From Methanobacteriota archaeon (lineage in GTDB: Archaea > Halobacteriota > Bog-38 > Methanoflorentales > Methanoflorentaceae), in contig CAVRAO010000002.1 of NCBI GenBank assembly GCA_963719035.1, forward strand, positions 736,001 to 800,000: DNA of 64,000 bases, given 5' to 3'. The translations under genes and the position numbers were made by a program. The notes beneath the pieces were generated by a model. That model had not been told where the DNA came from, ran no database searches, and saw only the letters and a program-made list of their open reading frames with translations. Of the stretch, positions 23,058 to 37,297 are shown one piece after another (position 1 is the first letter of the stretch; the number at the start of each line of letters is the position of its first letter).

Positions 23058-26000
23058 TTAAGTGGTGCCGACGGTGACGCGGAGGCCGGCTTTGGAAGCG
23101 GCGTTGGAGGTGTCGCCGTAGAAGGTCGCTTGGTAGAGGTAGGTGCCCTGGGTGGCCTCGCTGTGGGTGAAGGTGTAGCCCCCTGAGGAGTTGGTGGTAA
23201 CGGTGGCAGGGGTAGACCATTGTCCGTTAGGGTCCTGTTGGACGAGGGCGATCGTTTTGCCGGCGAGGGGGGTGCCCGTTGAGGTGGCCTTGAGGGTGCC
23301 CGAGAGGGTGAAGGAGTTGCCTATGGCGGGGATGGCATTAGACGTTTTAATAGAGAGGGTCGTGGCTTGGAGCGTGCCGACGGTGACGCGGAGGCCGGCT
23401 TTGGAAGCGGCGTTGGAGGAGTCGCCGTAGAAGGTCGCTGGTAGAGGTAGGTGCCCTGGGTGGCCTCGCTGTGGGTGAAGGTGTAGCCCCCTGAGGAGTT
23501 GGTGGTAACGGTGGCAGGGGTAGACCATTGTCCGTTAGGGTCCTGTTGGACGAGGGCGATCGTTTTGCCGGCGAGGGGGGTGCCCGTTGAGGTGGCCTTG
23601 AGGGTGCCCGAGAGGGTGAAGGAGTTGCCTATGGCGGGGATGGCATTAGACGTTTTAATAGAGAGGGTCGTGGCTTGGAGCGTGCCGACGGTGACGCGGA
23701 GGCCGGCTTTGGAAGCGGCGTTGGAGGTGTCGCCGTCGAAACCTGCCTGGTAGAGATAAGCGTCTTGAGTCCCCTCACTGAGCGTGAAGGTGTAGGCACC
23801 GTTAACGTCTGTGGTCGCAATGACGCCGAGGTTGGACCATCGGCCGGCGGAGTTTTGTCGTTGGAGGACAATCGATTTGCCCGACAGAGGATCATTGTTA
23901 GCCTTGGCTTTTAGGGTACCCGAGAGTGTGAAGGACTGACCGACTGACGGGTTGGCGTTGGACGCTTTGAGAGAGAGCACGGTGGGTTGCAGCGTACCGA
24001 TGGCGACGCTGACACCAGAAGATTCGATGCTAAGATAGTCCTGATCGCCGGAAATTAGCGGTGTATTTGTAGGATCCACCCGAATCCTCGGCCCGCGTTA
24101 GTGTGTAGTAGCCGTTTGCATCGGTGTATCGTTGCGCGAGCAGTATCAAGTCCTGCCCACTGGGACTGTGCCGGTAGATTTCAAGCTGCTTATCGTGGAG
24201 GGGAATGCCGTTCGTATCGCGGAGTACCCTGAGAGCGTGAACACTTCGTTGATGGCCGGGTTGGAGTCTGACGTCGCGATGGAGATAGTGGCAGATTTAA
24301 GGGTGCCAACGCCAACTTGCGTCCTTCCCGATGAGCCGGCATACTGTGCGTCACCCTGGAACCAGAATTCATATCGATACGTGCCTGGAGTTGCTCCGTG
24401 TACGTGGCGACATAGCGGCCGTTAACGTCGGTCGTCGTGCTCCCGAGCGATTTCCAGGCCCCTGAGGGTAGGCGACATTGTTTGTCAATCTTCTTTCCTG
24501 ACAGTCCTATTCCTTCTGCATTCATCAAATATCCGGTATACGTGAATGCTTGACCTACCGCTGGACTGCTATTAGAGACACTTATGGAAAGCGTGGTTGT
24601 TTGTAGGTTGCCGACGATCACCGGGTCGAGGACCATCGAGCTCATGCAAATAGGTTGTGTCGCCGTAGAAATCGACTGAATACACATAGGTGCCGGCGAC
24701 AGATTCGCTATAGGCTAGCTCAAAGTAGCCGGAGGCATTGGTGGTTACGGTGCCGATAACCGTTGCTGCCGCGCAAGAGTTCTTGCGGCCGATTTGCACG
24801 TGCTCCCCTGCGAGCGGAGCACCCGTGGTTCGTCTTGTAGCCATCCGAAAGGAGGGATGACTGGCTAACGGCAAGCGTAGTGTTCACCGTGAAGAGGCTC
24901 ACCGTCGACTTTTTGAGATTGCCGATGTTAACGGACAGTGAGGCAGCGGATAGCGAGTAGGAGGCGTGCCCATTGAAACTGACGTAATACAAGTAGCTGC
25001 TTGGAGTGGCCTCGCTGCGGAAGAAACGATAGACGCCGTTAGTGTCGGTGGTGGCGGTCCCAAGATTAGTCCACTGCGCGCTTGCGTCTCTTCGGAGGAG
25101 GGCGATCGTTTTGCCGGCGAGGGGAGTGCCCGTTGAGGTGGCCTTGAGGGTGCCTGAGAGGTTGAATTCTTGGTTGGCGTTGGGGGTGGTGTTAGAGGCC
25201 GCGATGGACACGGTGGTCGATTGGAGCGTGCCGACGGTGACGCGGAGGCCGGCTTTGGAAGCGGCGTTGGAGGTGTCGCCGTAGAAGGTCGCTTGGTAGA
25301 GGTAGGTGCCCTGGGTGGCCTCGCTGTGGGTGAAGGTGTAGCCCCCTGAGGAGTTGGTGGTAACGGTGGCAGGGGTAGACCATTGTCCGTTAGGGTCCTG
25401 TTGGACGAGGGCGATCGTTTTGCCGGCGAGGGGGGTGCCCGTTGAGGTGGCCTTAAGGGTGCCCGAGAGGGTGAAGGAGTTGCCTATGGCGGGGATGGCA
25501 TTAGACGTTTTAATAGAGAGGGTCGTGGCTTGGAGCGTGCCGACGGTGACGCGGAGGCCGGCTTTGGAAGCGGCGTTGGAGGTGTCGCCGTAGAAGGTCG
25601 CTTGGTAGAGGTAGGTGCCCTGGGTGGCCTCGCTGTGGGTGAAGGTTAGCCCCCTGAGGAGTTGGTGGTAACGGTGGCAGGGGTAGACCATTGTCCGTTA
25701 GGGTCCTGTTGGACGAGGGCGATCGTTTTGCCGGCGAGGGGGGTGCCCGTTGAGGTGCCTTGAGGGTGCCCGAGAGGGTGAAGGAGTTGCCTATGGCGGG
25801 ATGGCATTAGACGTTTTAATAGAGAGGGTCGTGGCTTGGAGCGTGCCGACGGTGACGCGGAGGCCGGCTTTGGAAGCGGCGTTGGAGGTGTCGCCGTAGA
25901 AGGTCGCTTGGTAGAGGTAGGTGCCCTGGGTGGCCTCGCTGTGGGTGAAGGTGTAGCCCCCTGAGGAGTTGGTGGTAACGGTGGCAGGGGTAGACCATTG

Positions 26001-26378
26001 TCCGTTAGGGTCCTGTTGGACGAGGGCGATCGTTTTGCCGGCGAGGGGGGTGCCCGTTGAGGTGGCCTTGAGGGTGCCCGAGAGGGTGAATTCTCGGTTG
26101 GCGTTGGGGGTGGTGTTAGAGGCCGCGATGGACAGGGTGGTTTCTTCAACCGACAACGAGGCGTCCCCCACCAGCTTGACTGTCGGTTGCTCCGATTTTG
26201 ATACGTTGTCGGCTGATCCAAAGGTCAGCGGTTGATCATTCGCTTCGACCCGAGCTGCGTTGGACTGGCCATTTGCCAATGCAAAACTGGACTTTGTTCC
26301 AATGCACGATCCGACGTTGCACAATAACAAGATCGAAATCACAAGAGCGGCAGCGGCAACCTTTGTTTTTGTCGACAT
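23058..26378 (-). CDS. Secreted surface protein of about 1100 aa with about ten ~103-aa Ig-like repeats (frameshifted)
   Basis: Signal peptide MSTKTKVAAAALVISILLL. Repeated unit FTLSGTLKATSTGTPLAGKTIALVQQDPNGQWSTPATVTTNSSGGYTFTHSEATQGTYLYQATFYGD. Confidence 0.8.
23060..26090. repeat. Five near-identical ~308-309 bp units in two clusters (~23060-23735 and ~25220-26090)
   Basis: GGTAGACCATTGTCCGTTAGGGTCCTG recurs near 23211, 23519, 25374, 25682 and 25989. Confidence 0.9.
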
Positions 26379-27004
26379 TTACCCCGCTTCACCGAAGTGT
26401 CACACCGTTACGACGAGCGTCTCAAATTGCGTTTATTTTACTGAAGAATGGTTGAAATAGGACATAAACGTTTCTTTGTTGATTATTGTCAATATAGCCT
26501 TTTTTAGACAACTGCAAACGCAATTAACGCCGGTGCGCGCTCATTCCTGTTGAATACCAAGTCATTGGCACGCAACTTTCAAGAGTTGGTCCAGCGATGT
26601 CAAACGCATAAGCGTTGCTTCACGATTCCGAGCATTCTGCGTGTGGCGAGGCTAAAGATCAATGCACGCCAATGGAATAATGCGCGCCGCATAATCGCAC
26701 TGTTGAGGCGTCTAAGATCCTGAGGGAATCGCGGAAACGAACTCATTTATCAAAGTTCACCACAAATGAGGGAGCTGACACAGGTCAACTCTGCACGAAG
26801 CCAATACAGCTATAGCGCTCGCACAACTGCAATGAGTGTGATGCTTTCCAAACGCGTCTGAAGTTGCGCTGCGTGCTCAATAAGGCGTTTCGAAAAACTC
26901 CACATCATTAAAAATGGAGCAAAGAGGATGGTCGTGACGCAAAATGGTCTCGAATCTCGGCGCCCCCCAAAAAGACTGGACACCGTGCACTCTTTGCTCA
27001 GCGA

Positions 27005-28438
27005 ATGGGGTTAACAGCAATAGCGAACATCGCTGTCGTTCTTAGTAACATCATTCTGCTCCCAATTCTAACCAAGACGCTTCCGATAGAGGCGTATGGA
27101 AGTTGGTCTTTGGTGATGGTCACAACCAATCTTGTGCCGAGCTTCACGACTCTAGGGCTAACGATCTCCTTGGTCCGATTTCTGTCCGGATCAACGAATA
27201 AGAAACACATTCAAGAGGGTTTCTATTCGATGGCATTTCTGATCTTGCTTACAATTACGATTGCCGCCGGGCTTTTCTTTGTGTTTGCGCGGCAAATAGC
27301 CGCGAGTCTTTTTGGCGGCGATCTCACGGCTGCGTTGCTGCTGGCCCCAAACATCTTTTTGGCGTGCTTCATTTACTGGCTTCCCAACTACTTTCGGGCA
27401 TTCCACCAGATAAAAAAGTTCGCGATTCTTATCGTTTCTCAAGCCTATCTAAATACGGCCCTCATCGGGTATTTTGTCCTGTCGGGCCAAGGGCTAAAGG
27501 GAGCGTTGATCGGACTTCTGGTCCAACAGCTATTCGAGTTGGTCGTTATCGCTTACGTCGTTACGCGCGAGATCGGCGTTATCATCCCTACATTTTCGTA
27601 GTATGTGAGAGATTACCTCAGCCTCGGCATACCCCTTGTTCCGTCAAGCATCTCCAGCTGGGTCGTAAGCTCAAGCGATCGCTATCTGATCGGCTTATTA
27701 CTTGGTATTACAGCAGTCGGCTATTATTCACCACCCTATGCTCTCGGGACTACCCTCATACTTGTCGCCTACCCCTTTTCACAGACGGTGGGCCCAGCGG
27801 TAACGAAGTATTACGAGCAGAATAACCTCGAGGAGGCACGGGTGATCTTGAAGTATTCATTTAATTGGTACGATTGTGGCATCGGGATACCGACCGTATT
27901 TGCGTTATCTGTCTTTTCAAAGCCCCTGCTGATCATACTGACCACACAAGAGATAGCAACGAACGGATATTTGGTCACTCCTTTCGTTGCGCTCGGAGCA
28001 ATGCTCTTTGGCGCGTATCAAGTGATCGGTCAGGGGATTACGTTGAAAAAGAAGACTATCCTCACAGGCATGATATGGACGCTAAGCGCTGGCGTAAATC
28101 TTGGATTGAACTTGCTAGCCATCCCTTATTTTGGCATCGAGGGCGCTGCAGCGACTACGCTGCTGGCCTATTTGTGCGCTTTCGTGCTTGCGACGTTTTA
28201 TTCGCTGAGATTATTTGCGTTCGACGTCAGCGGTAGATTCATTCTGAAGAGCGTTGGTGCCTCTATTGCTGGATCGATCATCCTTCTTTTATGGAATCCA
28301 TCTCGATTACCAAGCATATTTGCAGCCATTTTGCTCTTTGCAGCTCTCTATCTCGGTATGCTATTTTTGATGCGAGGTATCACCGTATATGAGATCAAAT
28401 TCTTTCTGCGGGCGTTTGCTCGCGGGGAAGCTGCTTGA
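27005..28438 (+). CDS. Wzx/MOP-family oligosaccharide flippase (frameshift near 27600; true start probably slightly upstream)
   Basis: LLPILTKTLPIEAYGSW, SSDRYLIGLLLGITAVGYYS, LNLLAIPYFGIEGAAATT. Confidence 0.88.
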
Positions 28439-28896
28439 CAGTTGGGCTGACAGTAATTGCTCACCGAGATTGAAACTGGGCCCTAGGCTTTCCTGTCTCA
28501 TTCATTTAGCTCCTCAGGAGTTCCCAACCAATCGGCAAGCGATCTCCGGACGAGAGTAGCAAAAAGAAGCGGTACCCAATCAACCCTAAAGGCGACGGGA
28601 AAAATGATCGATTGGAGTGTTACGTCAACCATCGCGATTACGGACTGCGGCCACGAGCATCGCAATCAGATTCGGCACGAAGCACTCCCTGCACTGTCAA
28701 CGGCCGATTTCAGAAGGAAGGGCAGAACGGGGACAAAACGACCTGGGCAAAATAAAAGCGATACATACTTCAAGTTCTTATTCGCAGAAAGACCAACATA
28801 ATCATACCACGCCACATTTCAGTGACTTGCCGCACGTGCATCGGCCGCTAGTTCGCTGAAAATCATTAGGAGTGTGCAAAAAATGTGGGGAGTTAA

Positions 28897-29831
28897 ATGC
28901 GGGCATTAGTCACGGGATGCGCAGGATTCATCGGGTCGCACCTCACGGATAGACTTTTGCGAGAGGGTTGCGAGGTCATTGGAATTGACTGTTTCGCCGA
29001 TTATTACTCTCGAGAACTAAAAGAAAAAAATTTAGAGTTAGCCAAAGAGTTTGAAAACTTCACGTTTGTCAAGAAAGACATTCTAAAGGTGCACGAGTTC
29101 CCAAAAGTGGGATGACGTTTTTCACATGGCAGCACAACCGGGCGTCCGTGCATCGTGGGGTAAGAATTTCACAGCGTATTCACGAAACAACATTGAAGCA
29201 ACGCAGTGGCTCCTTGAGTTTTACGCATCCGAGCGCATTAATAAGTTTATATATTCCTCATCTTCTTCAGTATATGGTGACTCCACGCTGCCGATGCGGG
29301 AGGACTCCCTGCCCAAGCCCATCTCACCTTACGGTGTCACCAAGTTAGCAGCTGAGCATCTCTGCTATCTGTACTGGAAAAGCTTCAACGTCCCAACGGT
29401 CTCGCTGCGCTATTTTACGGGTGTACGGTCCAAGACAACGCCCTGACATGGCAATTCATAGATTCATAGCAGCACTAGAGAGCGAAGCAACGATAGCTGT
29501 TTACGGAGACGGAACGCAGACGAGGGACTTCACTTATATAAGTGACGTTATTGAGGCCCTCGTATTGGCTGGTAAAGCTCAGTTCTGTGGTGAGACGTTT
29601 AATGTAGGCGGCGGGACCCAGATAAGCGTAAACGAGCTTATCGCAAAAATCGAGCATATCACCCAAAAGGATGCTCACGTAGAACGCTTTGCGAATCAGA
29701 AAGGCGATGTAAAAAACACGCAGGCGGACATAAGCAAGGCCGAGGACTTGTTAGGTTGGACACCGCACACTCCGATCGACGAGGGGCTTGAAGCGTATGC
29801 TCGCTGGTGCAGCGAACGTCGCAGGAGATAG
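28897..29831 (+). CDS. NDP-sugar epimerase, UDP-glucuronate 4-epimerase-like (two frameshifts)
   Basis: [44 protein letters not shown]. Confidence 0.85.
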
Positions 29832-30220
29832 ACCCAGTTAAGTGAAACGGTGCTTAAGGCCGCAGCAATGTCTGACAGGCCTTCCGTATTTAACTAATCA
29901 AGGAAAACGCGGATCTCCCAACGTCAGTTGTTGTTAGACTTCTTCATGTAAGAGGTTCATCCGCGTTTAGCAGCTAAGCAGGAATACGCAACCGCGTGCT
30001 GTGCCGAGTAGAAAGTCCAATACCTGGTCACCGATAAGTTGACGAGAGTCATCCCCGAACTCGGGTAAAACACGTCCGGTTTTGAAGAGATTCCGCTATA
30101 GAAAGTCTGGTACGCGGCGCCGTGCGCCAGGTTGCCAAATTGTCGAAGGAGTTGCCCCAATAAGCGTCGAGTCTTTCGGTTCACGATCGTCAGCGCTCTG
30201 AGACGCCCACCCGTAGTTGT

Positions 30221-31394
30221 CTAGCGCCTTGCCACACCTCTTATGTCAACGCCCGTAATATTGCTTTCGTCGCTGAAATCCTCGCGGAAATCCTTAATAG
30301 CACCCTTCTCAGCCTGCTTTTCAGTCGACCTTCTAAGCGACGCTCGTTTTATGGGCTTTAGCACGTACCGATTCTGATACTGCGTGCCATTGAATCTGAT
30401 GGCCAATTGTAGGTCCTTTATCCGTTCAATAGTCGTAGACTCTCTTTTCACGAAAGCTTGCAGTGCTTGTTCAAGCTCGTGAGTTGACCATGAGCGACCC
30501 GAGGCGCACCTCGTGTGGCAAGGAGGACTCGTCTAATTGATACGCTTTAACAAAAAGGAGTTGTTTGCCCCGTTTTTGAAACGCAAATTCCACGCCTATA
30601 GATCTTTTTCTTTGCGGAAAAAGGGGCAGAGACTGGCGGGAGACGGTTCCATCTCGGACGATATCGTATTCAAACTCTGAAAAATTGAAGTTGCCTAAAC
30701 CGTAGCAGATGATACCGTCTTTGTAGCGTTCTATTCCCTGGATCAAGTGCGCGTGTGTGCCTAATACGACGCTCGCGCCTGCATCAATTGCGCTGTGTGC
30801 AACCATTATCTGATCGGGGGTGGGATAGTGAGCATCTTCTGCGCCCCAGTGGAGGGCGATATCACGTGGTCGACTTGGCCTTTTAGCTGCGAAATGTCCT
30901 CCCGCATATAACCTGGAGCAAGCGGGCAGACTCCAGGCGTGACGGCCGTCGCATAATTTTCACCGTTTGTGCTCAAGCAACTATATCCTATGAAGCCAAG
31001 AGCTACCCTGTCTCTGCGCACAATGACTGGTTGAAGGGCCGCCCAGATATCATCTCCGTAACCAAAATAGATCTTTTTTTGACTATCGAGCACATCAATC
31101 GTATCTTTCACGCCCGCAGCTCGTGCGTCAGAGATATGATTGTTGGAAAGCGAGAATAGGTCTATCCTCGGCAGTTTGCTAAAGAGAGAAGGATGACACG
31201 AGAGGGATAACTTGTTCAAATTCACGTTCTTGTTTGTCGTCAAGACGCATTCCAAATTGGCGATAATGACGCCGTCGGTACGCCTCAAATTCCTCGCAAA
31301 GAATCGTATATCTGGCGCTCTTTGTGAACTGCGTTATATCGAACCCGCGTAAACAAATGTCCCCCACAGCAAGCAATCGAACCCCGTCAGCCAT
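30221..31394 (-). CDS. CapA (PGA_cap) family metallophosphatase-fold protein (frameshifted)
   Basis: LLAVGDICL, IANLECVL, SLSNNHISD, GASVVLGTHAH, YGLGNFNF. Confidence 0.75.
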
Positions 31395-32396
31395 AGCCTT
31401 TATCTGAAAGATAACACACCCTTTCGCCGTAAAAAATTCTCTGTATGCGAGCACGCCTGGAACTGGTACGAATTCGGTTGTTTCAGACGAGTTGTGTTTC
31501 GACCAGATTCATCGAGTATGCATGCTCTGCGAGTCAAGAACGGGGTTATGCTTCCGAGCGCTTTGCAAAGCTCGCTTCTTTTTTACGCGCCGAATTCTAG
31601 GGGGATAAGCTTTCGTATCAGTTGAATCGAAAGCGTAAAACGTGATTATAAGGAACTACGTCAGCTGTTACAGAGTTATATTCTCTCAGACTAGGATCGT
31701 CGAATTTTTATCTGTGTTGCGAGGGGCCCCGAACGTCCTTCTAATTAACAAAGACATAAGTGGAGTGAAAAAATGCAGGACCTGGATAGCAAAATCCGGG
31801 AGCGTCGAATTGACCGGTTTCGCGCAAGCGACGGACAATTGACAAGCCTACTCGTGACTGTTATTCTGCGCTCGTTGTCTATGTCTCCGCAAAACTTTGG
31901 ACTCGTTGGCGTCATACTAGTGTTTTCATGGCATAGCTGCAATTTTGATGGACGTCGGATTTGACCTGGCCTTGGTTCAAAAAGTGGATGTCGAGCGGCG
32001 CCACAAAAAATGCGGCCTACTGGATTAGTCTTGCGCGGCGATGCCACTGGTCGTGGCTACCGTTGCCCGTAGATGCCTAGCTCATAGAGCACTCAGATTC
32101 CTCGGTTCTCGCTTAACTACCTTGTCGTTTGTGCCCGATAGATAACGTTCAAAGACGACAGGCTCTGGCTCGTTGTAAATACGAGCCCAGGTTCGATGTC
32201 ACGAGATAAAGGCGTTGGAGGCGAGGCAAGATGATGTGTGCAGGCCTGCTTGAAAGATCAACGCGAGCCCACCGTCGCGGCGTATTAGCCAAAATCCAGA
32301 TACTGACGTTAAGTATTTCAGTTCACAATTGACCCTACGACAGCTAGCTTTTATATCGTAATGAGGGAATTTAGCTCTCTGGGGGTTTAGGGCAGT

Positions 32397-33540
32397 TTGT
32401 CAAGAATGCTGATCGTCACTAATGAGTTAGCAACCAAGATGACGGGCGGCGCCTATCATATACTGAAGGTAGCCGAACACTGGCGCGATAATAACGACGT
32501 AAGTTACCTAATCCCTCAAGCGGGTTGCGCTTCCGCAAGAAAATGGCTGAAAGGAGAAGTTATCGTGATTGACTCCTATCTTGAGGGGAAACATCAAACC
32601 CATTGCGCATAGCTGTGTTGTATTGCGCGCGAATGTTTCACATTCTAAGGTCGCCACCTCGAAAAAATAGGACGACGTTATCGTCGCGTCTTCGCATTTT
32701 TTAGTTGACGTGCTTCCGGCCGCGTATTTCGGGAGTCTAGAAACTCACCGTCGAAGCTCGTAGCGTATTATCACGGATTAGCCGTAGGAGAATCTAGCTT
32801 TTCGTGGCGCATCCTGCGCAGTAATGAATGACGCGTTGTCCGTCATATTCCTTCGGAAATAGGGGACTTTCGATTTGGTCTTTGCGATAAACCAATCCGT
32901 CAAAGACTTTTTGATTTCAAAGCGGGTAGTATGCAAAAAAAATCCGGGTGACTAACAACGGGGTCGATCGAATTGTATTTGGAAGAGAATTCAGAGGAAA
33001 CAGTTGTTGACGCGTGCTATGTCGGCCGACTGGTGAAAAATAAAGGCATCCTTGATTTGGTAAGAATATGGAAAGCGGTTTGCAACGAAATCCCAAATGC
33101 AAAGCTCCTAATCGTGGGGGATGGGGCTGAAAAGAATCACCTTATTAGATTGATAGAAAAGGGAAGGCTTGAAGGAAAAAGGTCGTCTTATGCGGATTTG
33201 TGGAAGAAGAAAAGAAGTTTGGAATAATGCGTAAGTCCAAGCTTTTCTTGCTCCCGAGTTACGCCGACACGTGGGGCATCGTGATCGTCGTAGCCTTGAG
33301 TTGCGGTTTGCCAGTTATAGCTTATGTATTCCTTCCTGTGTTGCGGCAGATTTGGGGTAAAGACGTAACCTTTGTTCCTGAGGGCGACACGGAATCATTC
33401 AAAATGGCCGTCGTGGAGTTTTTGCGAAACCCCCGACTTACGCTCGGAATTCTCTTGTCCAAAAGGGGCTAAGAAGAAGCAAAGAATATCTATGGACTGA
33501 ACATTGCTGAGTGACGAGGCAGATGCAATTGAGAGATCAT
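32397..33540 (+). CDS. GT4 glycosyltransferase (multiple frameshifts)
   Basis: YVGRLVKNKG, LLIVGDG and LFLLPSYADTWGIVIVVALSCGLPVI in successive fragments. Confidence 0.7.
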
Positions 33541-34724
33541 GATACCGCCGATCGCGAGAGCCGCACAATCCGATAAACCGAACGTGGGCATTGTTACGCA
33601 CCCATTCTTGGCAAGGGCGGGCAAAATTCCCTTAGACAATCTAATTGAACTTGTCAGGCCGGTCGTAGGAACGCTGTTTGTCATCACCGGGGGCGACTAC
33701 GAAAATGCACCCAGCGGCGTGGTGCTGACCAAGCTCAGAGCCACACGGCGAACGCGGTTTACGTCCAGAGTGCTGGAACAAGCGTTCGTTCAAATACAAA
33801 CCTTACGTCTTATAGCGAAACAGCGCAAAGACATTGACATTCTGATCTTTCTTCTTAGGAACTTCTTTTCCACCACCCATTCTTTTCGCGCAAGCTCTGG
33901 ACATGAAAAATGCTACATTGTCATTGCAGACTTGGGGCGACGAGAGCACATACGAGCGATTAAGGAGAGCGGAGCCCGGGGACAATCGGGAGAACTTGCC
34001 ATATTACGTCTCGCAGAGGTACTTCAGCGGATCAGTTACTTTTTTTCGGATAAGCTGATTGTTTACAGCCGATCGGTCATAGACCAGCTCAACTTACCAG
34101 AGGTACCAGGAAAAGATCGTAGTCAGTCACAGACACTTTCTGAACTTCGACGAATACAGGTTCAAAAACAACATTGAAAGGCGCGATAACGTTGTCGGTT
34201 ACGTCGGCCGACTAAACAAAGAAAAAGGCGCGCTCAACTTTGTCAAGGCAATTCCAGATATAGTAAGCACGCGGAATGATGTGACGTTTTTCATGATGGG
34301 TGAGGGTGAGCTAGAGGATGAAATCCGCGCCTATTTAGAAACAATGGGCCTTAGCGACCACGTCAAACTCACAGGGTGGATTCCCCACCACGAACTGCCC
34401 GGTTATTTGACGTGTTTAAAACTGCTGGTTGTCCCGTCGTACAATGAAGGGCTGCCAAACGTTATGTTAGAAGCAATGGCGTGCGGAACGCCGGTCCTTG
34501 TAACGCCGATAGGCTCCATACCAGACGTGCTCACAGACAAAGAAACCGGCTTCGTCATACAAGACAATTCGCCGGCTCGTCTAGCAGAATACATCGTAGA
34601 AACGCTCGAGTCCCCACAGCTGAGACGAATTGTCACAAACGCTCGGACTTTGGTTGAGACAGAGTTCAGATACGAAAAGCTCAAAGAAACGTGGAAGGAG
34701 ATAATCTGCAGCACAAACTCGTGA
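33539..34724 (+). CDS. GT4 glycosyltransferase (frameshifted)
   Basis: VGYVGRLNKEKG and LVVPSYNEGLPNVMLEAMACGTPV. Confidence 0.8.
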
Positions 34725-35162
34725 CTGTGCTGGTAACAGGACGCGCAGGTACGCTCGAACTTTAATTACTGCAATCTGGTCCGCGAAACCTATTTTCTTG
34801 GTTGCGCGGAAGCCGTTTACGAATAGCTCCATATTCTAACAATGGCTGGCAAATCTGCGGTATTGCCGACGCCGTGTAAGCTCTGTAAGCACGATATCAG
34901 TTAACCGCGGCTGCGCCAAGATAGTCACAGTAACGCTCCGTCGAGGGTCATTGTTGAAGCAGCATCAGCATATGACAAGAAATGGGGATATTTATCTCCT
35001 TTCTCGAGAAGAGTCACTGCTTCGAGTTTAAGGCGTTAAGGGATATGGCGTGTAGATAGGCTCAGGTAAGGTTAACGGTCCGTAGCTTAAGCTCGCACTG
35101 ATCCATTTGTGAATATAGGCCACTTGGGCTCTACACCGATCTGGCTTAACTTCTCGCGAACA

Positions 35163-36819
35163 TTATTTACCCATAAGATCCCAACTTTTTTTTGGAACCG
35201 GTTCACGTCTTTTGGATCCAAAATGACGCCGATTTGGTTTGCTAGGCCGTCTCGTCTTCCGGCTTAGCTCTGCTCCAAAGTGTGTGGATTCGAACACGCC
35301 TGGCCAGTCTCGAGAAACATTTATAGATGCCCAAGGAGCCCCCACTCGAAAATCGCCTTTGGGCATGCCGAGCTCTCGCGCGTAACGGTACATGAACCGC
35401 TTGGTTCTAAACACGTCTAAAATCGATAGCCGAAGATTCCTCAACAAGTGAACGACGCTGGGTGACGAATAGAGAAGGACGTTCTCTGTGTTAAACAGCT
35501 TCTTAGCTTGGAGCTGGATTTTGTGGTCGCCACCAGTGCAATACCCGCCAAGCCTCGCATCAAATAGTCTTTTTCGTATCTCGCTTACGTTGATATTTTC
35601 AGCTGGTTCAATCCTTCTCTTTTGATCTTCATTCTGCTGGCTAACGGCTCGGAGCGCCAGGTGTCGCTCAGACTCGTTATCAGGACTGGATAAGCTCATC
35701 AACCGAGCGAGGTGCCTCGAAGCGTTGTTTATAAATAGATGCGCATATCCGCTCCTGCACTGCATCTAGAATCTTTTTGGCCGCTGCATAGCGCTGAGAG
35801 CCTTTGACGCCGCTCAGCATTTTTCCGTAACATGTCCGAGAGCAAGAAGCGGTGGATTATCCAAAGATCCAAATCCAGTCCGTAATTATATAGATTATCC
35901 AAGTCCTGTCCACACCACAACCGCTTTTTCTGGCCACATAATGCTTCAAACATCTTTGCAAAATAGATGCTCAAATGTGCACCGAAAGGCATGGACATAA
36001 TTATCTTGTTCAGAGACTCGAGGTTGATTTCGTCCAAATCGACATCGATAAACTCGTGGCTGACCTCCAATTTCTTGGCAATTCTTAGTGATCTAACTAA
36101 ATCAGGACTACTCCACGCGATCAGTGGAACCATGCGAAACGTGACGGTTTTTACATCTTTTAGGTTTTTTACCAATGAAAGCAAAATTGAAGAATCGACT
36201 CCACCGCTGAGCGCGACAATTTCTTCGAACCCGGGATCATCCTCAACAAACGAATGTGCAGCGTTGTTCAGTGCATTTTTGAAGATGTTATACGTGACGC
36301 CAGCGCCCGTGAAGTTATTCAGGTAACTTTCAGTTAAGGCCGTGCCATTTGAATCAAGTTGCAGCACCTCACCGGGCGGCAATCGGTAAATCCCAGCAAA
36401 TGCGGTGTTACCCTTACGGCAAAATCCCTGTTTAATGAAATGAAGTAACCTCGGAGGGGTCGTAATTTAGCCGTCCCTTAGCTATCGCGAGTTCAAAAAA
36501 ATCAGTTGATATAATTAGCTCGGTGTCCGTCGTTGCATAGTATATCTCTTCTACAGCGCCAATGTCGCTTGCTGCGAAGTCAAGCACCCCATCGCAGACC
36601 AACAAGCCGGCGTACTGTCCTTTGACCTTTGGCACGCAGTTGTACAAGTCGCCTACTATTTTCATGTAATTCTATGTTGCGCTGAACTGTGTAATCGCTT
36701 TGCACAAGCCCGTCGATAGTTCCAAGAAAATAGAAAGTTCTGCCGTTGCTATTTATTTCGTGCTCGAAACCACGGATTGCTGACAGTGCTCCATCACGTC
36801 TTTGCACAACGGTGTACAT
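35163..36819 (-). CDS. Asparagine synthase-related protein (frameshifted)
   Basis: LPPGEVL and VALSGGVDSSILL PP-loop. The N-terminal fragment looks like a degenerate Ntn domain with no catalytic Cys seen. Confidence 0.6.
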
Positions 36820-37297
36820 GCAGTTTGGATCATATCGCTTACGTACTTATAATTGCGTATACCGGATACTGCCCTACAGAAAGCGAACATTCCAATTACG
36901 GCCTGATGCTTCTTCGGTGTCGAAGCAAGGGAAAGTGCAAAGACCACTCAAGTACGCCTACTCTTAGAACTCTATCATCAAACATCAATGCTCGAATCTT
37001 GCCCCGTAGTTGGGCAAAAAAAAAGTTTATCAGCAGCAATCCTCTTAATAGTAGCGATTTTGAGCTATATCACCGCGTACAATAGTCAAGCTCTCCGCAT
37101 TTGGAAACTACCTCCCAGGAAATGGTCGTTTAAATTAGCAACCATAGATAGGCTGCCAAAACAAAGTAACACCAAAAGCGATATCAGCCCGAACTGCTAT
37201 AAACGCGGTCGAAACCTACCGTGAGCTGACCACCACTGCGAAGCTTTGCGAAGGCCACAATCAGCAAAATGTGAACCCTGTGAGAAGGTTTGCCGAA

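Noticed and set aside
23060-26090. CRISPR array or DGR template/variable repeat pair
   Set aside because: The units are ~309-bp coding domains with no spacers, no adenine-specific mismatch pattern, and no cas or RT gene nearby.
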